From: a virus
Taxonomy: Duplodnaviria; Heunggongvirae; Uroviricota; Caudoviricetes
Direction: 5' to 3' (one strand)
Virus record (IMG/VR): IMGVR_UViG_2681813161_000005
Length of the DNA: 14,994 bases
Position 1 is the first letter of the stretch. Each line of letters begins with the position of its first letter. This document shows positions 13,920 to 14,994 of this stretch, piece after piece. The notes beneath the pieces are model-generated. The model was not told the DNA's origin, did not search any database, and worked only from the letters and a program-made list of their open reading frames with translations. The translations under genes were made by a program, and so were the position numbers.

Positions 13920-14994
13920 CGTAGCCGGTCTTTACGAAAAGTTTGATCGCAGAACTGGCAGAGTTTACTACCAGTATAAAAATCCTGTGACTGGAAAATT
14001 TCACGGACTCGGAACAGACAAAGGTAAGGCAGAAAAAATCGCTTCCACAGCCAATCAGCGAATAGCTGCAGCAGAAGCTGAATATTTCATGCGCAAAATT
14101 GATGAAAGTCCGTCAGCAACAAAACGTCGGGGTATCAGATTAAAGGCATGGGTTGATCGATATCTGAAAATACAGGACACGCGACTGAAAAATGGAGATA
14201 TTGCAGCTACAACTCACAAAGAAAAAACTCGAATGGCTGCATACCTGGTTTCCCGTCTGGGAAACCACCCATTGAAAGAACTGGAAGTAAGAGACTTTGC
14301 ATTAATACTGGATGAGTGGCTGGATAAAGACATGGTCAGCACAGCGAGAGTAAATCGTGGATTATGGGTTGATATTTATAAAGAAGCACAGCATGCAGGG
14401 GAAGTTCCTCCTGGATGGAATCCTCCGGAGGCTACCCGTAAACCGATCCCTAAAGTAACCAGAGCCAGGCTCACCATGGAAGACTGGCAAAAAATTTACA
14501 ATGCAACGCCTGAAAAACACTTTATCCGTAACGCAATGCTTCTTGCGATTGTTACTGGTCAGCGCCGTGATGACATTTGCCACATGCGTTTTTCAGATGT
14601 GTGGAACGAACACTTGCATATCACCCAGGGAAAAACCGGAATGCGTCTGGCGTTACCGCTTACACTACGCTGTGATGCCATTGGGATAACGTTAAAAGAA
14701 GTTATTGATGGGTGCCGAGACAGAATATTAAGTCCATATCTAATCCATAGTCGGCACCAGAAACAACCGAAGCCGATGAGTAAAGACAACCTGAGCGACT
14801 ACTTTGCCAAAGCACGGGATCTGGCTGGGATAATTCCACCAGCAGGAAAAACTCCGCCAACATTTCATGAACAACGCTCTCTATCAGAACGGCTGTACCG
14901 TGCACAGGGTATCGATACAAAAACATTACTAGGACATAAAGTCCAGGCAACCACCGATCGCTATAACGATACTCGAGGTCAGGAATGGGTTTAA
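13888..14994 (+). CDS. int: Tyrosine recombinase / phage integrase (lambda Int family), 368 aa
   Basis: Lambda-Int-like C-terminus with the catalytic Tyr context (LLGHK...TDRYNDTRGQEW). Overlaps xis. The stop is at the window edge, so the att site should lie just beyond 14994. Confidence 0.85.
   Translation: MSPRPRKNSTDVAGLYEKFDRRTGRVYYQYKNPVTGKFHGLGTDKGKAEKIASTANQRIAAAEAEYFMRKIDESPSATKRRGIRLKAWVDRYLKIQDTRLKNGDIAATTHKEKTRMAAYLVSRLGNHPLKELEVRDFALILDEWLDKDMVSTARVNRGLWVDIYKEAQHAGEVPPGWNPPEATRKPIPKVTRARLTMEDWQKIYNATPEKHFIRNAMLLAIVTGQRRDDICHMRFSDVWNEHLHITQGKTGMRLALPLTLRCDAIGITLKEVIDGCRDRILSPYLIHSRHQKQPKPMSKDNLSDYFAKARDLAGIIPPAGKTPPTFHEQRSLSERLYRAQGIDTKTLLGHKVQATTDRYNDTRGQEWV

Noticed and set aside
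14362-14950. Small ORFs inside int (14362..14583, 14501..14689, 14559..14789, 14702..14950)
   Set aside because: Overlapping or antisense frames within a clearly homologous integrase gene.
1-14994. CRISPR arrays, integrons or a conventional defence island
   Set aside because: No short direct-repeat/spacer periodicity, no attC-like sites, and no large ORF with nuclease, ATPase or helicase signatures outside the IS transposases and integrase. The only large repeats are the IS copies.

Overview
This window reads as a decayed, stx-negative lambdoid (Stx-phage-like) prophage remnant from an Escherichia/Shigella-type genome, broken up by at least six insertion-sequence copies. The prophage is in flipped orientation: int and xis are on the + strand at the right edge (att site presumably just beyond 14994), and the late genes run on the - strand from about 12915 to 4034: a beta-class DNA methyltransferase pseudogene, an ileZ-argN-argO tRNA trio, nanS-p (sialate O-acetylesterase), a phage-21-type pinholin, a SAR endolysin and Rz/Rz1 spanins. 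The whole early region (recombination, immunity, replication, Q) is missing at an IS1 junction that has no target duplication. Three IS629-like (IS3 family) copies are present (1..1268, 5647..6955, 8395..9703); copies 2 and 3 share a 1-bp orfA frameshift and a linked silent SNP. An IS2 left-end fragment sits in nanS-p, and a 5'-truncated IS66-family tnpC lies at 1270..2667. The most interesting candidate is an AT-rich moron between the IS66 end and the spanins (2698..4030) encoding an Arc/Mnt-like RHH protein, a lipoprotein carrying a TonB C-terminal-domain-like sequence behind a 17-bp perfect palindrome, and a small Cys-containing protein. All calls are from reading the sequence and from remembered family signatures; no database search was run.
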